NCBI RefSeq assembly: GCF_006345805.1
Contig: NC_043003.1
Span: 37,696,001-37,760,000 of the forward strand
Source: Octopus sinensis
Lineage: Eukaryota
Direction: 5' to 3'
DNA: 64,000 nt
The position numbers and the translations under genes are program-made. Of the stretch, positions 10,679-23,092 are shown piece after piece; the stretch's first letter is position 1; the number at the start of each line of letters is the position of its first letter. Under the pieces are notes generated by a model. It worked only from the letters and a program-made list of their open reading frames with translations, ran no database searches and had not been told where the DNA came from.

Positions 10679-12455
10679 GTGTGTGTGTGTGTTGTGTGTT
10701 CTTGTGTGTGAGTGTGTGTTGGTGTGTGTGTTGCGTAAGTGTATATGTGAGCATGTCTCTGTGTGTGTGCATGTGTGTGTGTAAGAGAGCATGTGTGGGT
10801 GTGTGTAAGAGAGCATGTGTCTGTGTGTGCATGTGTGTAGATGCAGGCACTGTGGAATAATTTTAAAAATTCACTTATGTTCAATGAGTCTTTCCGACTA
10901 TACCAAGTCACTTTAATGTTTGTCAGTAAAACTAAGTAATTCAAGAGTCAACCTGGTGATACAAGATTTTGCAGATTCTGCCTGAGAATTAGAGTAGATT
11001 TCTGTGGAACACTCAGACACTTATATAATAACATAATGAGCAGGTAGGTTATTTAATTGAACAATCTCAACATTCCTTGTTGAAAATTAAGTGAGATTTT
11101 GAATGAGAAATGAAAATGGAGTAAGAAAGAGAAAAGGAAAAAAAAAACGAAAACAAAAAATAAATTGTTTTCTAAAATCTTTACATTTCTTCTTTCTTTC
11201 TTTCTTTTATTTAGTTTTTTTGTTGAGAAAATAATTCCTGATATCAGACAGAAATAAAGAGAAAGTTAGCATTTGCCAACACGTACAGAATAGAATGACA
11301 GAAAAGAATAGAATGACATCGTGTCACATTGTCACAAGATAATTACAGCAACAATTAGTCAGAAGAAGAGAGGGGGAAAAAAAAGTAAAAATATCAAATT
11401 TTTGAAATTTTTAAAAATTTAACATTGTCAACATGAACAATGTGATAGTAAAAAATCTCAGCAGCTAGTGTTAGAAGTTGAACATTTATAATTAGTAAGT
11501 GTGGTTCATTACTAAATGTAGTATAAAGACTCCACTGCATTCAACTGTCAGTGAAACAACACTTTCAGTTCTTCAGTTCAAGGACCAAAATTGCTAGATT
11601 TGTAACTCCACAAAGCAATTAAACTTGGTGGTATTTAGATGACATATATGCTATCTCAAAACTATGGTACATAGATAACACTTCACTTGGAGGCAATCTG
11701 CAATCTATCCTGATAGTCAAAAAAATCATTTGTAGAAAGGTGCCTAAAATTGAACAAGTGTGAGTTAGTAGTTACTCATCACTCACTTAAGGGATAACTG
11801 TCTTTCCTTCAACATCTGTATTGAATCTTTAAAATGCCTATCTCAGTCTGTCTCTGGTCAAACACATGCCAGAATCAGCCACCAAGAAGAAAACTGATAC
11901 TTTTTCAAAACTCATCAAAACCGTGACAAATCAAAAAGCTGAGAAGTGATAGAACCCATCAATAGTTTTGCATTTTTTAAATACTAAAACATCATCTATC
12001 ACTGACCAGATTAACGTATCTTTTAAGATCTACTGCCAAAGAGCTATACAAATTTTGACACTTAAATTCTCTTTCTTTTTAAATCAAGTCTAACAAATAT
12101 TAAACTCTTTGATACCACATAGCTACAGGCCACCATTATCCTAGGCTTCAGAGAGCAAGGCTTATATTCCATAGAATGTTTGTCCCTTTCATGCTTTTCT
12201 ATCCTCCATTCATACAACACTTCTCCTCATACAAACAAAACATACAAATTTATGAACAGAAAACCGAGTTCTTAATCTTTTTTGTATTCCCAATTGTGTC
12301 CATTTAATGTCACTTAGATCACAAACATTCTTGGATAAAGCCAGTATTGGATTAAAGTGTGGACTTTTAGTATTACAACCCAGAGGCCTCTGCAAGCAAG
12401 AGAACCTCTAGAAATTAAGAGTAAAATTATTTAATTTGTGAATGTAGAATCAATG

Positions 12456-12718
12456 TGTTAGCGTTCTAAATTATTTTTTAAACCTCTTGAAGCTCTATTC
12501 TGTTTAAATACAACGCCTTTGTTTCAATTAATTTTTAAAATAATAAAGAATTTAGTAAAGTAACCTTACTAAATTATTGTTATTATTAAGATGGTATCTC
12601 AAAATTAAATTAATGAGACATTATGATGGAAAGTTTTAATTTAGATCAATCTAAAACAGGAAGTTTGATTCAAAGATCTAGGGGCAATCTTGGACAGGTG
12701 GTTATTAAAAGGGTAAAA
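12456..12718 (+). mobile_element. piggyBac-type MITE family G, degenerate
   Basis: Similar to 21710-21929 (tttcaattaattttaaa...aaagaatttagtaaa); ends aaaagggtaa. Confidence 0.45.
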
Positions 12719-13479
12719 ATAGGTTTGCTTTAGACACTCTGAAGGGCAATTTGATGGATTTCGGTACAAACATGAAATACTGAAAGCTTCTTATATCTAC
12801 AGTCCTGTAGTAAGACTAAATAAACTCCATTCCATAAAGTTGAAATAACTCTGAATTTATCTATGTTCAATGACTGAGAGGGAATTTTCTCCAAGATGAA
12901 ATGTTTGTTTGTAAATAGATTAACCAGACTTACTCTTATGATAATTGAAAACAATGTTCTCAACATGCAAATGTTTGAATTACAATTGTGGTTAACAAAG
13001 TAAAAATATATAAAATATTTCCTTAGCTATTCTTTCTGTTTGAAAATTTCACGGCGGGGCTGTACAGTATTTGTAACCTGGAGGTTTACAAAATCTTAAT
13101 CTGACTCTGGATAAAGTAAATTAATACCCTTTATCTCCTATTTTCCTCTATTCTGAATTCTTTAGATTTCGTAAAGAATACTAATATTCTTTAGAAACAT
13201 TAGTAACAACCAATTCCTTTCTTAGACACAAGACTAATTTCGTAAGAGAAAAGACAGTCAAATTTCTAACACAGACTCTTGACAGATGACAGGCAAAATT
13301 GTAATCAGAAGACAGAACAAAATTAACCCTAGCAAAGCACTGAGTCAATTATTTGCTGTATGTCTATTATCTTACACCTTCATGAGAACTATTAAATAGT
13401 AAGATACCTCTCTGATTTGATAATACAGATGTTGTGCTATTTTTCAAACAGTAATTAACATATCTAGGCTACAGACACT

Positions 13480-13830
13480 ATGCACATACCCACACACAAC
13501 CAGAGCAATGCACATGCACTTATTCATGCACATTTTCACCAATCTTCCACACACAGCCAGACCAATGCACAAATACACACACACCTTTCACCTCTCCACA
13601 CATTACAACCAGAGCAATGTATGTACATACAAACACATACACCCATTCACACACACACACATGCGCACAACCAGAGCATTGTACATACACAAACATCTAT
13701 TCACACACCTGTGCATACACACACCTGTGCACACACACACACACACACACACAAAGTAATGAACACACACACACGCATGCACTAGTGCTGTGCTTACATA
13801 TACTCATGTGCACATGCACACACACACTAA
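13480..13830. repeat. Degenerate AC-rich minisatellite
   Basis: Motif caaccagagcaatg recurs four times (~13497, 13555, 13606, 13668) in CA-rich sequence. Confidence 0.6.
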
Positions 13831-14292
13831 ATATGGTGAACACAAGCAAATTTCTCCTTTAGTTTCTCTATAGGTAAATATTGTAAATGCTGTTTAGGTA
13901 GCGGGTCATGTATACACAAAAGAAGTGACAAAACACAAAAACAACACATTTCAGTAACAACAAGGACAACTGTCACTACACAGAGATAACCTATTGACTC
14001 TTAATAGAATATAACATGCCTTCTTTCATGAAGCACAAACTCAGAGCTTGTGGTATTGGATATTTTTCCCTTTGCTGTGACTGTTGATTAAAGGCATTCC
14101 AGCCATGACCATCCCATCTTTCTCATAAGTATTGCTTATTTTATGTGGTAGACTTAATCCCTCACTTGGTCCTTGGGTGATTGGTGGAGAGGAGTCCTCT
14201 GATGTAAGTATTTGAGCCAGTTCTTCAGTTTGGGGATACCTTTCTCCCTCCCTGTCCCTGGTTGTCTCAGAGGCCCTGTAAAGGGTTATGAC

Positions 14293-14436
14293 CACAGCTT
14301 GCTTCCTAATTACATGGTTATGGGTTCAGTCCTACTGCGTGGCACCTTGGGCAAGTGTCTTCTATGGTAGCCTCAGGCTGACCAAAGCCTTGTGACTGGA
14401 TTTGGTAGACGGAAACTGTACAGAAGCTGGTCATGT

Positions 14437-14476
<40 letters not shown>

Positions 14477-14682
14477 GTGTATGTATGTATGTGTGTATGC
14501 ATGTACATATTTACCATATTTGCTTGACAACCAATGCTGATGTGTTTATGTCCTTGTAACTTAGTGGTTCAGCAAAAGAGACCGATAGAATAAGTACTAG
14601 TCTTACATAAAATAAGTCCTGGGGTCGATTTCATCAACTAAAAACCATTTAAGATGACTGAAACAAGTAAAAGAATAAAAGA
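14293..14682 (+). mobile_element. SINE family A
   Basis: catggttatgggttcagtcctactgcgtggcaccttgggcaagtgtc...gactgaaacaagtaaaagaat. Confidence 0.85.
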
Positions 14683-14830
14683 AAAAAAACAAATATCTGG
14701 GACTACTAAATTATCCAATGTCATCCCTTCTTCTTCTCTTTACAGGATAGTAGGGCGTAATTTAAAGGACATTTTGGCCATAATTTTTTGCAGGTTTAAC
14801 AACCATATCGAGGCTGTGTTATTATGAATT

Positions 14831-15212
14831 TTGGCTGTGTGGTAAGAAATTTGCTTCCCAACCACAAGGTTCCATGTTCAGCCCCATGGAGTGGCATCTT
14901 GTGCAATTGTCTTCTACTATAACTCCAACTGACCAAAGCCTTGTGAGCAGATTTGGTAGATGGAAACTGAAAGAAGCCCATCATATATATATGTGTGTGC
15001 AAGCATGTGTGTTTATGTTTGTGTTTTTTCACTCCCACCATTTGACAAGCATTGTTGGTTTGTTTACATCCCAGTAACTTAATGAAAAAGAGACTGATAG
15101 AATATGTTCCAGGCTTTAAAAAATAAGTACTAGAACTGATTTGTTTTACTAAATCCTTCAAAGCAGTGCCTAGCATAGCCACAGTCTCATGAATGAAACA
15201 AGTAAAAGATAA
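14831..15212 (+). mobile_element. SINE family A, older copy
   Basis: ggctgtgtggtaagaaatttgcttcccaaccac...gaaacaagtaaaagataaaa. Confidence 0.8.
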
Positions 15213-16431
15213 AATGAAGCTACTGTGTGAATTTGAAAATAAATTACATTAAAAATAGGTGGAGAAATTAAGAGGGGAGAGAGGGCTCCTGCTGTGTAGT
15301 TTGACAAAAAAACATGATTATTATATTAATATAACAAAAAGCTTACATTTAGGTCCAGCTAGAATGCTAGCTCCCATTGTTTTTCAATCAACATTTAGAT
15401 GAAGTTAGTTATTTGTATAAACTAGCCACCAGTAGTGTAAATAGCAATCCATGTGGAGCAAACAGCAGTTTGGGAACAGAATGATTCACTACCAAGAGTT
15501 TTTTTGGTATTTTTTTACAGATAAGTCAACACAAAAATAAAGAAAAAGAAAAAAATCAGGGAAAATCTGAAAACAACATTAAACTGTGTAAAATAGATAA
15601 ATAGCCAATGTTTTGTTTTATATAATTTTATCTGAACTAAGATGGTATATATTTACCATGATAGACAGACAAACAGACAGGTGTTCTTTGATCTCCTGAA
15701 CAAGGTAATTATCTCTGTTGCAGGCTGATAAACATTTGTGTAAATAAACCATTTAGCAGTGTACCAGCCAAGCTTGTAAGAAATTATGGAATGAAGTTCT
15801 GTGAGTTCAAATCAGATTGAATGCAGTGGTGATAAGGGAGAAATATGATGCTTTAGGCAGTGTCTTGAAGCAGGAGTGCACAGGGCAGAGTTGCTTGGGG
15901 GCCTCACAGGTATAGGGGCACAATTCAGGCCTATGAATGCCTGTGGCTTAATGTCAATGAATGAAGTGCTGAAAAGTTCCTGTCTTTAAAGGTGTCGCGA
16001 AAGGCCTGGCCTGAGGCCCTACATTCTGAGTTCTTTTACAGAGCTTAGAAAAACTGAAGGACCACTGCAATAAGTGCGTGAATCTGAGAGGGGAAAATGT
16101 TGAATAAAATCATAATTAACTGATCCTCTTGTATTTTCTTTCACCCAAAACCAAGAACTTTTCAGCACACCTTTGTAACCACTACATAAGACCCAATACA
16201 TTGATTTACCCAGAAGCCTCACAGGTATATGGGTCCAATTATGATTTACGTATGCTGTGGGTTGCTATCAATAAATACTAGAGGCCAGTGCCTTGATTTG
16301 CCCAGGGGCCTACAATGCTACTGAGATCTGGCTTCAGGACTGTCCCTTTATCTGAGAGAGAAAGATTTATTTTGCAGATGTAGACCCTCCGCTTCTCACC
16401 AGGTTCTAAAGATTTTGTTAATTATTATTTT

Positions 16432-16469
<38 letters not shown>

Positions 16470-16989
16470 CTACTTTCTGCACTTCACATGAAAATTACTG
16501 AGCTACAGAAAGTGACATTTGTTGACATCAACCTGTCAACAATTCATTCAGTAGCTCTGCACTTTCAAAGACTTGTAAAAAATGCATCGAAATATTTTTA
16601 CTTGTTCTAAAGTGAGTCAGAATTTTAAAATTTTGATAACCCCTATACTATCTATATGACAGGGTGAAATTGTGAGAATAGAAAATTTACAATGCCAGCC
16701 TTGTTGCAACAGAATACAATTTCTTGATAATTTTATTTTAGCTCAATGGTTATTGGAAGTGATGAAACTGGGTGGGAGATTAGAGTTCTTACTTTCATCA
16801 GAGAGGGAGGAGCAGGGGGGGAGAGTAGGTGATGTCACTAGTTATAGGTAAACTATTTGTTCACTTGCAATTGAAGTGACAATTTCCCCATCTCTCTCTC
16901 CCTCACATTCTTCATTCTCAGTCAAAGGACAAGAGCCCAGAACATCACATTCTTATTTCCTCACATCAACTGAACTTTATGTTGCCAAA

Positions 16990-17140
16990 CCTCTTTACTC
17001 TTTTACTTGTTTCAGTTATTTGACTGTGGCCATGCTGGAGCACTGCCTTTAGTCAAGCAAATCGACCCCAGGACTTATTCTTTGTAAGCCTAGTACTTAT
17101 GCTATCAGTCTTTTTTGCCGAACGGCTAAGTTACTGGGAC
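16990..17140 (-). mobile_element. SINE family A tail fragment fused to Tc1
   Basis: Tail half only; breaks at gggac| directly into Tc1 coding sequence. Confidence 0.75.
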
Positions 17141-18204
17141 ATTGTTGGTGCTTGTATGGCAGGTACTAGTGTAACGAAAACAGCTGAAATGTTTGGTGTA
17201 TCGAAAGTACTGTCTTGAAAGTAATTACAGCCTTTGAGAAAGAGGGAAAAACCTCCTCATTGAAACAAAACTCCGGAAGAAAACCAAAACTTTCAGAAAG
17301 GGACTGTCGAACTCTTACACAAATTGTTAGAAAGGATCACAAAAGTACAGCTCCCAAAATTACTGCAGAGCTTAATGACCACCTCGAGAACCCAGTTTGC
17401 ACAAAAACTGTTTGCCGGGAGCTGCACAAAGCCAGATTTCACAAAACGGCTGCAATCACAAAAACCACTACTTTAAAAAACAAGCATTTCAAAGCATTTA
17501 GAGTGGAGTAAAAACTATAGAATTGGTTCCTAGAGCAGTGGGAGAAAGTTATTTTCCTGGACAAGTCATCCTTTACCTTATTTCTGACCAGTGGCGAAGT
17601 ATACATGTGGAGACAGTCAAAAGAATCATTTGATCCAGACTGCCTTCTTCCAACTTCCAACTTCTTCCAAACATGAAGGAGGATCTGTGATGACCCAGGG
17701 AGTGCTATATCTTGGAAATCTGCCGGTCCAATGGTTTCCCTTCATGGCAGAATTAATAGTCAAGACTAAGCATTTTATCTGATCAAATTCATCCTATGAT
17801 TGCGGAACTGTTTCCGGAGAGAAACGCAATTTTTCAGGATGATAATGCACCAATTCACACAGCTGAAGTTGTTACTGAATGGCATGAAGAACATTCTAGT
17901 GAAGTTGAACATCTTATCTGGCCACCACAGTCCCCACATCTCAATAATATTAAATATTTATGGTGCATTTTAGGAAAACAAGTAAGGAGTCGATATCCTC
18001 CATCATCATCATCATCACTACAAGAACTGGGGACTGTTTTAGCTGAAGAATGGACAAAAATTTCTTTGGAAACAATTCAAACTTTGTACAAGTCCATACC
18101 TTGTACAATTCAAGCTGCAATTAATGCCAAAGGCAGTCCTACTCCATATTAAAATAAATTTGTTTGAAATTTTAAGGTGTTTCCATTATTTTGTCCAACC
18201 CCTG
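17141..18204 (+). mobile_element. Tc1-family DNA transposon, 5'-truncated and frameshifted
   Basis: ORF pieces 17215-17511 (GRKPKLSERDCR HTH region) and 17796-18152 (FQDDNAPIH, WPPQSPHLNNIKYLW); right TIR tccattattttgtccaacccctg ending 18204. Confidence 0.9.
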
Positions 18205-18212
18205 TGTGTATG

Positions 18213-18244
<32 letters not shown>

Positions 18245-18247
<3 letters not shown>

Positions 18248-18433
18248 TCCTTTAGACATTTCAGTCATTTGATTGTGGCCAAGCTACAGCACCACCTTTA
18301 GTCGAACAAATCGACCCCAAGACTTATTCTTTGTAAGCTTAATACTTATTCTATAGGTCTCTTTTGCCAAACTGCTAAGTTTCGGGGACATAAACATTGG
18401 CTGTAAAGTGATGGTGGGGGGACAAACACAAAG

Positions 18434-18492
<59 letters not shown>

Positions 18493-18652
18493 CATGATGG
18501 GCTTCTTTCAGTTTCTGTCTACCAAATCCACTCACAAGGCTTTGGCTGGTCTGAGGCTATAGTAGAAGACACTTGCCCAAGGTGCCATGAAGTGGGATTG
18601 AACCTGGTACCATGTGGTTGGGAAGCAAGCTTCTTATCACACAGTCATGCCT
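18245..18652 (-). mobile_element. SINE family A
   Basis: Full-length reverse match. Confidence 0.85.
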
Positions 18653-18668
18653 CCAACTATCTATCTAT

Positions 18669-18715
<47 letters not shown>

Positions 18716-19349
18716 GGAAATGAAGAAAATGCTGACAAAATAATTTAAGTAAGGGAGAGTGTATTTAATTAGGTGAAAGTTCTTTTTTTTAAACAAAAAA
18801 AAAGGGAGAAAAATTGGGTTAGAATACAATGATCATTTTTTGTGAATGATTTCAGTGTATAAGAAAAAAAGTAAGAGTCTTTTACAGTGTTCTGTTTCAG
18901 AATAAGATATTTAGTAAAAGCGTGTAATATACAGTTTTTTGTGGAAAAGTTCAATGTCAGATTTCAGTGTAGAATAAAAAAAGTAAGAGTTTACCGATTG
19001 CGCATTTGTTATGCTTATCAAAAGATATTTTGAGTGAGATAGAGTTCCTTTCTGATTGATTTTTTTCTCTTATCTGACTTTATGTTGGGTTTGCTGTCTC
19101 TTATATGTGAAAAAAGAGGCTCCAGAGTTGTTTAAGATTTGCTTGGTTTCGCGCCTAAAATTTCTTGTGGACAATGGTCAATACAATTTTGATTGGTCAT
19201 TATGAAGGGGTCACGTGAATGTTTGAATGGAAGTTGGTGTTGGGGTAAGAAAATAGGCTCCAGAGATGTTAAAATTAGGCTGGTATCGCACCTAAAATTT
19301 CTTATTGGTCATAATAAAGAGGTCATGTGAATGTGGTCATAATAGAGAG

Positions 19350-19997
19350 AGCACACAGGAACTTAGACGCCCTAAACCTGTTACATCGAAACCCCATACT
19401 CTACCATACATCTCTACACACAACCCCCTCAACAATGAAGCTTTTGATACCATCCTCCAGAACATTCCTGTATTAAAAAAGGACCATAGAATGAACCAAA
19501 TCCTCCTAACACACGAAATCATAAAGAGCAAAAGGCAACCCAAATCATTGAAAACCATCCTAACAAATGCCAAAGTACTGCCAACCACAACAACTAAACC
19601 CACAGTAAACAAATGCAATAGACCCAACTGTGGTATATGCATCAACCTAATAGAAGGTCCGGAATTCCTTTTTAAACAAGGACAACGTTTCACAGTAAAA
19701 CACAACTTCACATGCGCATCAGAAAACCTAGTATATGTCTTAACTTGCTCGGGCTGTAATGAACACTACATAGGCCAAACTAGAAATAGCCTCCGCCAAC
19801 GCATGACTGTCCATAGATCCGAAATAAAACTACAGGAATACAGAAAAATAGCACTTACCTGTGCCGCACAACTTCATCCCAATTTTAGAATCTTTCCCCT
19901 CTACAAATTTAAAGACAATGCCACTCATGCCCAGCGAATAACCATGGAATCCCACCTTATTAATAAATACAGACCACTTCTAAACACATCCCCCTAA
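19350..19997 (+). CDS. GIY-YIG endonuclease domain of Penelope-like element (no RT; 5'-truncated ORF)
   Basis: RQPKSLKTIL...KCNRPNCGIC (Zn-linker)...FTCASENLVYVLTCSGCNEHYIGQTRNSLRQRMTVH...ESHLINKYRPLLN, no stops; 19305-19349 of the listed ORF comes from the inverted pLTR. Confidence 0.85.
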   Translation, partial: STQELRRPKPVTSKPHTLPYISTHNPLNNEAFDTILQNIPVLKKDHRMNQILLTHEIIKSKRQPKSLKTILTNAKVLPTTTTKPTVNKCNRPNCGICINLIEGPEFLFKQGQRFTVKHNFTCASENLVYVLTCSGCNEHYIGQTRNSLRQRMTVHRSEIKLQEYRKIALTCAAQLHPNFRIFPLYKFKDNATHAQRITMESHLINKYRPLLNTSP

Positions 19998-20843
19998 CAC
20001 GAACCCACAACAAACACACTTATACGCGCACACACCCTACACACACTTTTACCCAGATATTAACACCATGACACACACAAACATATGGTTCCACACATAC
20101 ACATAATTTGATACGGGTGCAAAACATCCAACACTATTTTTTGGAAATGACTGTAAATATTGACTTCACACAAACACGTTGCTTCCCAATACAGGCACAA
20201 GGCCAGCAGAACTATAAATATTGAAAATTGTATCCACACACGCACACATATATACACGCAAGCACACCCCAACATACATATAAACACACACACACACACA
20301 CACACGCACACATACATACATATAGCTCTTCCTGTCCTAAACGAACTTACTTTTCCAGCTCAAATTCAGTCAAGTGGAAAATACACTCCTAAAAAGCTAT
20401 TCAAAATATCCACATGACGTCTACTGACCAGCCTGAACAATAAGAATTTTCAACAACGCTATTTTCGAAAACTCCATACACCACCTACACCAACATTCAT
20501 TCTAAACATTCACGTGACCTCTCTATTATGACCACATTCACGTGACCTCTTTATTATGACCAATAAGAAATTTTAGGCGTGATACCAGCCTAATTTTAAC
20601 ATCTCTGGAGCCTATTTTCTTACCCCAACACCAACTTCCATTCAAACATTCATGTGACTCCTTTATAATGACCAATCAAAATTGTATTGACCATTGTCCA
20701 CAAGAAATTTTAGGCGCGAAACCAAGCAAATCTTAAACAACTCTGGAGCCTCTTTTTTCACATATAAGAGACAGCAAACCCAACATAAAGTCAGATAAGA
20801 GAAAAAAATCAATCAGAAAGGAACTCTATCTCACTCAAAATAT

Positions 20844-20879
20844 CTTTTGATAAGCATAACAAATGCGCAATCGGTAAAC
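20844..20879 (+). ncRNA. Candidate variant hammerhead (U3-A8, A13C) in pLTR; mirror copy 18989-19024 minus
   Basis: CUU-UUGAUAA-GCAU[AACAA]AUGC-GCAA-UCGG-U-A-AAC; stem I only 2 bp. Confidence 0.3.
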
Positions 20880-21222
20880 TCTTACTTTTTTTATTCTACA
20901 CTGAAATCTGACATTGAACTTTTCCACAAAAAACTGTATATTACACGCTTTTACTAAATATCTTATTCTGAAACAGAACACTGTAAAAGACTCTTACTTT
21001 TTTCTTATACACTGAAATCATTCACAAAAAAATGAACATTGTATTCTAACCCAATTTTTCTCCCTTTTTTTTGTTTAAAAAAAAGAACTTTCACCTAATT
21101 AAATACACTCTCCCTTACATAAATTATTTTGTCAGCATTTTCTTCATTTCCTTTTTTTATATATCACAACTCGTGTTCCACATCTCCTTTTTTAAATATA
21201 TATATATATATATATATATATT

Positions 21223-21262
<40 letters not shown>

Positions 21263-21465
21263 TCATCATCATCATTTGCAGGATCCAACTGAATGGAGGT
21301 ATTTTAATAATAAGTACACCAAGTTAGAGTTGAGAGTAGCATATCTATCTAACAACAGTATACATGGACACTCACGCATATATTAATGTTTATACAGAAA
21401 AAAAATATAAAAATATATTCATCATGAGTTAGATCTTAAATGTCAAATTTTGGATTTATATTTTT

Positions 21466-21559
21466 ATTCCCCTGAAGAAAAAAAAAAAGAAAAATGCCTT
21501 TTTCATGCTGTAATTGATTTGTTCATCAATAAAAACGTGTCTGAAACAGCTGTTGTGAA
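21466..21559 (+). ncRNA. Degenerate type-I hammerhead motif
   Basis: UUCCC-CUGAAGA-[decayed stem II]-GAAA-CAGCUG-U-U-GUGAA; palindromic ACAGCUGU as in the 26-kb copies. Confidence 0.45.
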
Positions 21560-21709
21560 CCCCAGCGCACTTGTCTTCTTACTTATATATATATATTGTT
21601 TAGAGACTCACTTGTTTTAGTCTTTGGTTTGCATCAAATTGTATAGAAGCAAAGTTTTTTTAAGACGGAAATCACTAGCTATGTGACTTTTCCGAATATT
21701 CTCCATTAA

Positions 21710-21929
21710 CCCTTTCGTTACTGTATTTCTTTTGAGATGCTCTGTTTCTTTCAATTAATTTTAAATATAACCAAGAATTGCGTAAAATAACTTAATCATC
21801 ATTAAGCTAGTGTTAGGAACATAAATTGCGACTAAGGTTTGGTCGAAGATTTTAATTCAGAACTTTTGAAAACAAAACATTTGTACTACAGAGCCAGCGG
21901 CAATTTCACCCAGGTTGGTATCAAAAGTG
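21710..21929 (+). mobile_element. piggyBac-type MITE family G
   Basis: TTAA at 21706-09 and 21930-33; degenerate TIR ccctttcgttac / gtatcaaaagtg. Confidence 0.6.
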
Positions 21930-22320
21930 TTAACCCACACAAAAAACAAAAAAAAATCTGACATCTTTTTTTAGCATTATTTCTCCAAAACTATTTTATA
22001 TTCTTAGCTTGTTTTATTCTAAATGCATTGTTTTACAGCATACATTTTTAAATTCCTTGTTTTGTTGAGTTCTATTTTTAGAATAGCGAAGGCGTTACTC
22101 CAGCATGGTCACAGTCTAATGACCAAAACTAGGAAGAAGAATAAAACAATTCTCCATGATTATCTCTTAAGTACAAATGATGTCTGTGTTTACAATTCAA
22201 TTTGCATATTTATATAAGAGACATGCATGGAAAAACAAGGCAAGTTATTACAGTTATAGTCACATGAGGTGAGCTATTTCAAATCCAAGAAATTACGTTG
22301 AAACCTTTGTTCTCTCATTT

Positions 22321-22356
<36 letters not shown>

Positions 22357-22504
22357 GGGGGTGGAGAGTTACTGGGGAGGGAAATAAAGAATGAATATTT
22401 TTGTTTTAAATACAAATCATTTAAATACTGAAAACAGTTATTTTCACTATATATTCATATATTCATACCTAGCTGTCTATCTACATATATGTGTGTGTGT
22501 GTGA

Positions 22505-22905
22505 TAATCATCATCACCATCATCATTCTGATGCCTGCTTTCCCATGTTTGGGTTAGACTAAACTTATTGAGGTAGATTTTCTACAGCCAGATGTTCTCC
22601 TTGTCATCTACCCTCACCTGTTTTCAAGCAAGGTAATATTTTCCCATGGCTGAACTTTTTCACAGAAAACTTGAAACAAAAACAAACACAATTTGCATGA
22701 TGGTGACGCACATTTACAACAATCGTGCAGTGTCAAGACAAAGACACACACACGCGTGCTTACACACATACATATGCACAAATATGGTAGGCTTCTTTCA
22801 GTTTCTATCTACAGAGCCATTCACACAGCCTTGGTTGCTCTGAGAATATGATAGAAAACACTTGTTCAAGATGCCATGCAGTGGAACAGCCTGAAACCAT
22901 GTCCG
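22505..22905 (-). mobile_element. Chimeric SINE: family A head, distinct body, B-like RTE tail
   Basis: Same layout as 51085-51530 and 23093-23490. Confidence 0.6.
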
Positions 22906-23092
22906 TGCCTTGGCCATATTTGAAGAAATAAAAGTGAATGAATGTACTTTACAAGACGTAAAGCTAGTTTTGCACCTAGATCACTGGAATTTTACATTGG
23001 GGTACATCTTTTCAAGTAGAAGGCCATCATAGGTGATATGACATTTTCTGATACTTTCTACAAATCCATCAAGGTTGTGTACTACAGCTAGT

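Larger units (their letters stand above)
18705..21196 (+). mobile_element. Penelope-like element, 5'-truncated, with inverted pLTRs
   Basis: GIY-YIG ORF flanked by ~645-bp near-identical inverted repeats (18705-19349 / 20519-21164), an extra ~32-nt tail on the right copy, and (TA)n flanks. Confidence 0.88.

Noticed and set aside
14041-14295. 84-aa minus-strand ORF as a possible upstream exon
   Set aside because: No CABIT-like residues in the frames checked, no fitting splice pair, and it starts inside a SINE boundary.
15657-15695. 39-nt phase-1/phase-1 micro-exon on the minus strand (ttgttcag|...TATCATG|gtaaat) giving GDQRTPVCLSVYHG before WFEV
   Set aside because: Splice signals and YxG fit, but the conserved CABIT IP motif is absent and the sequence is GTCT-like low complexity; needs RNA-seq junction evidence.
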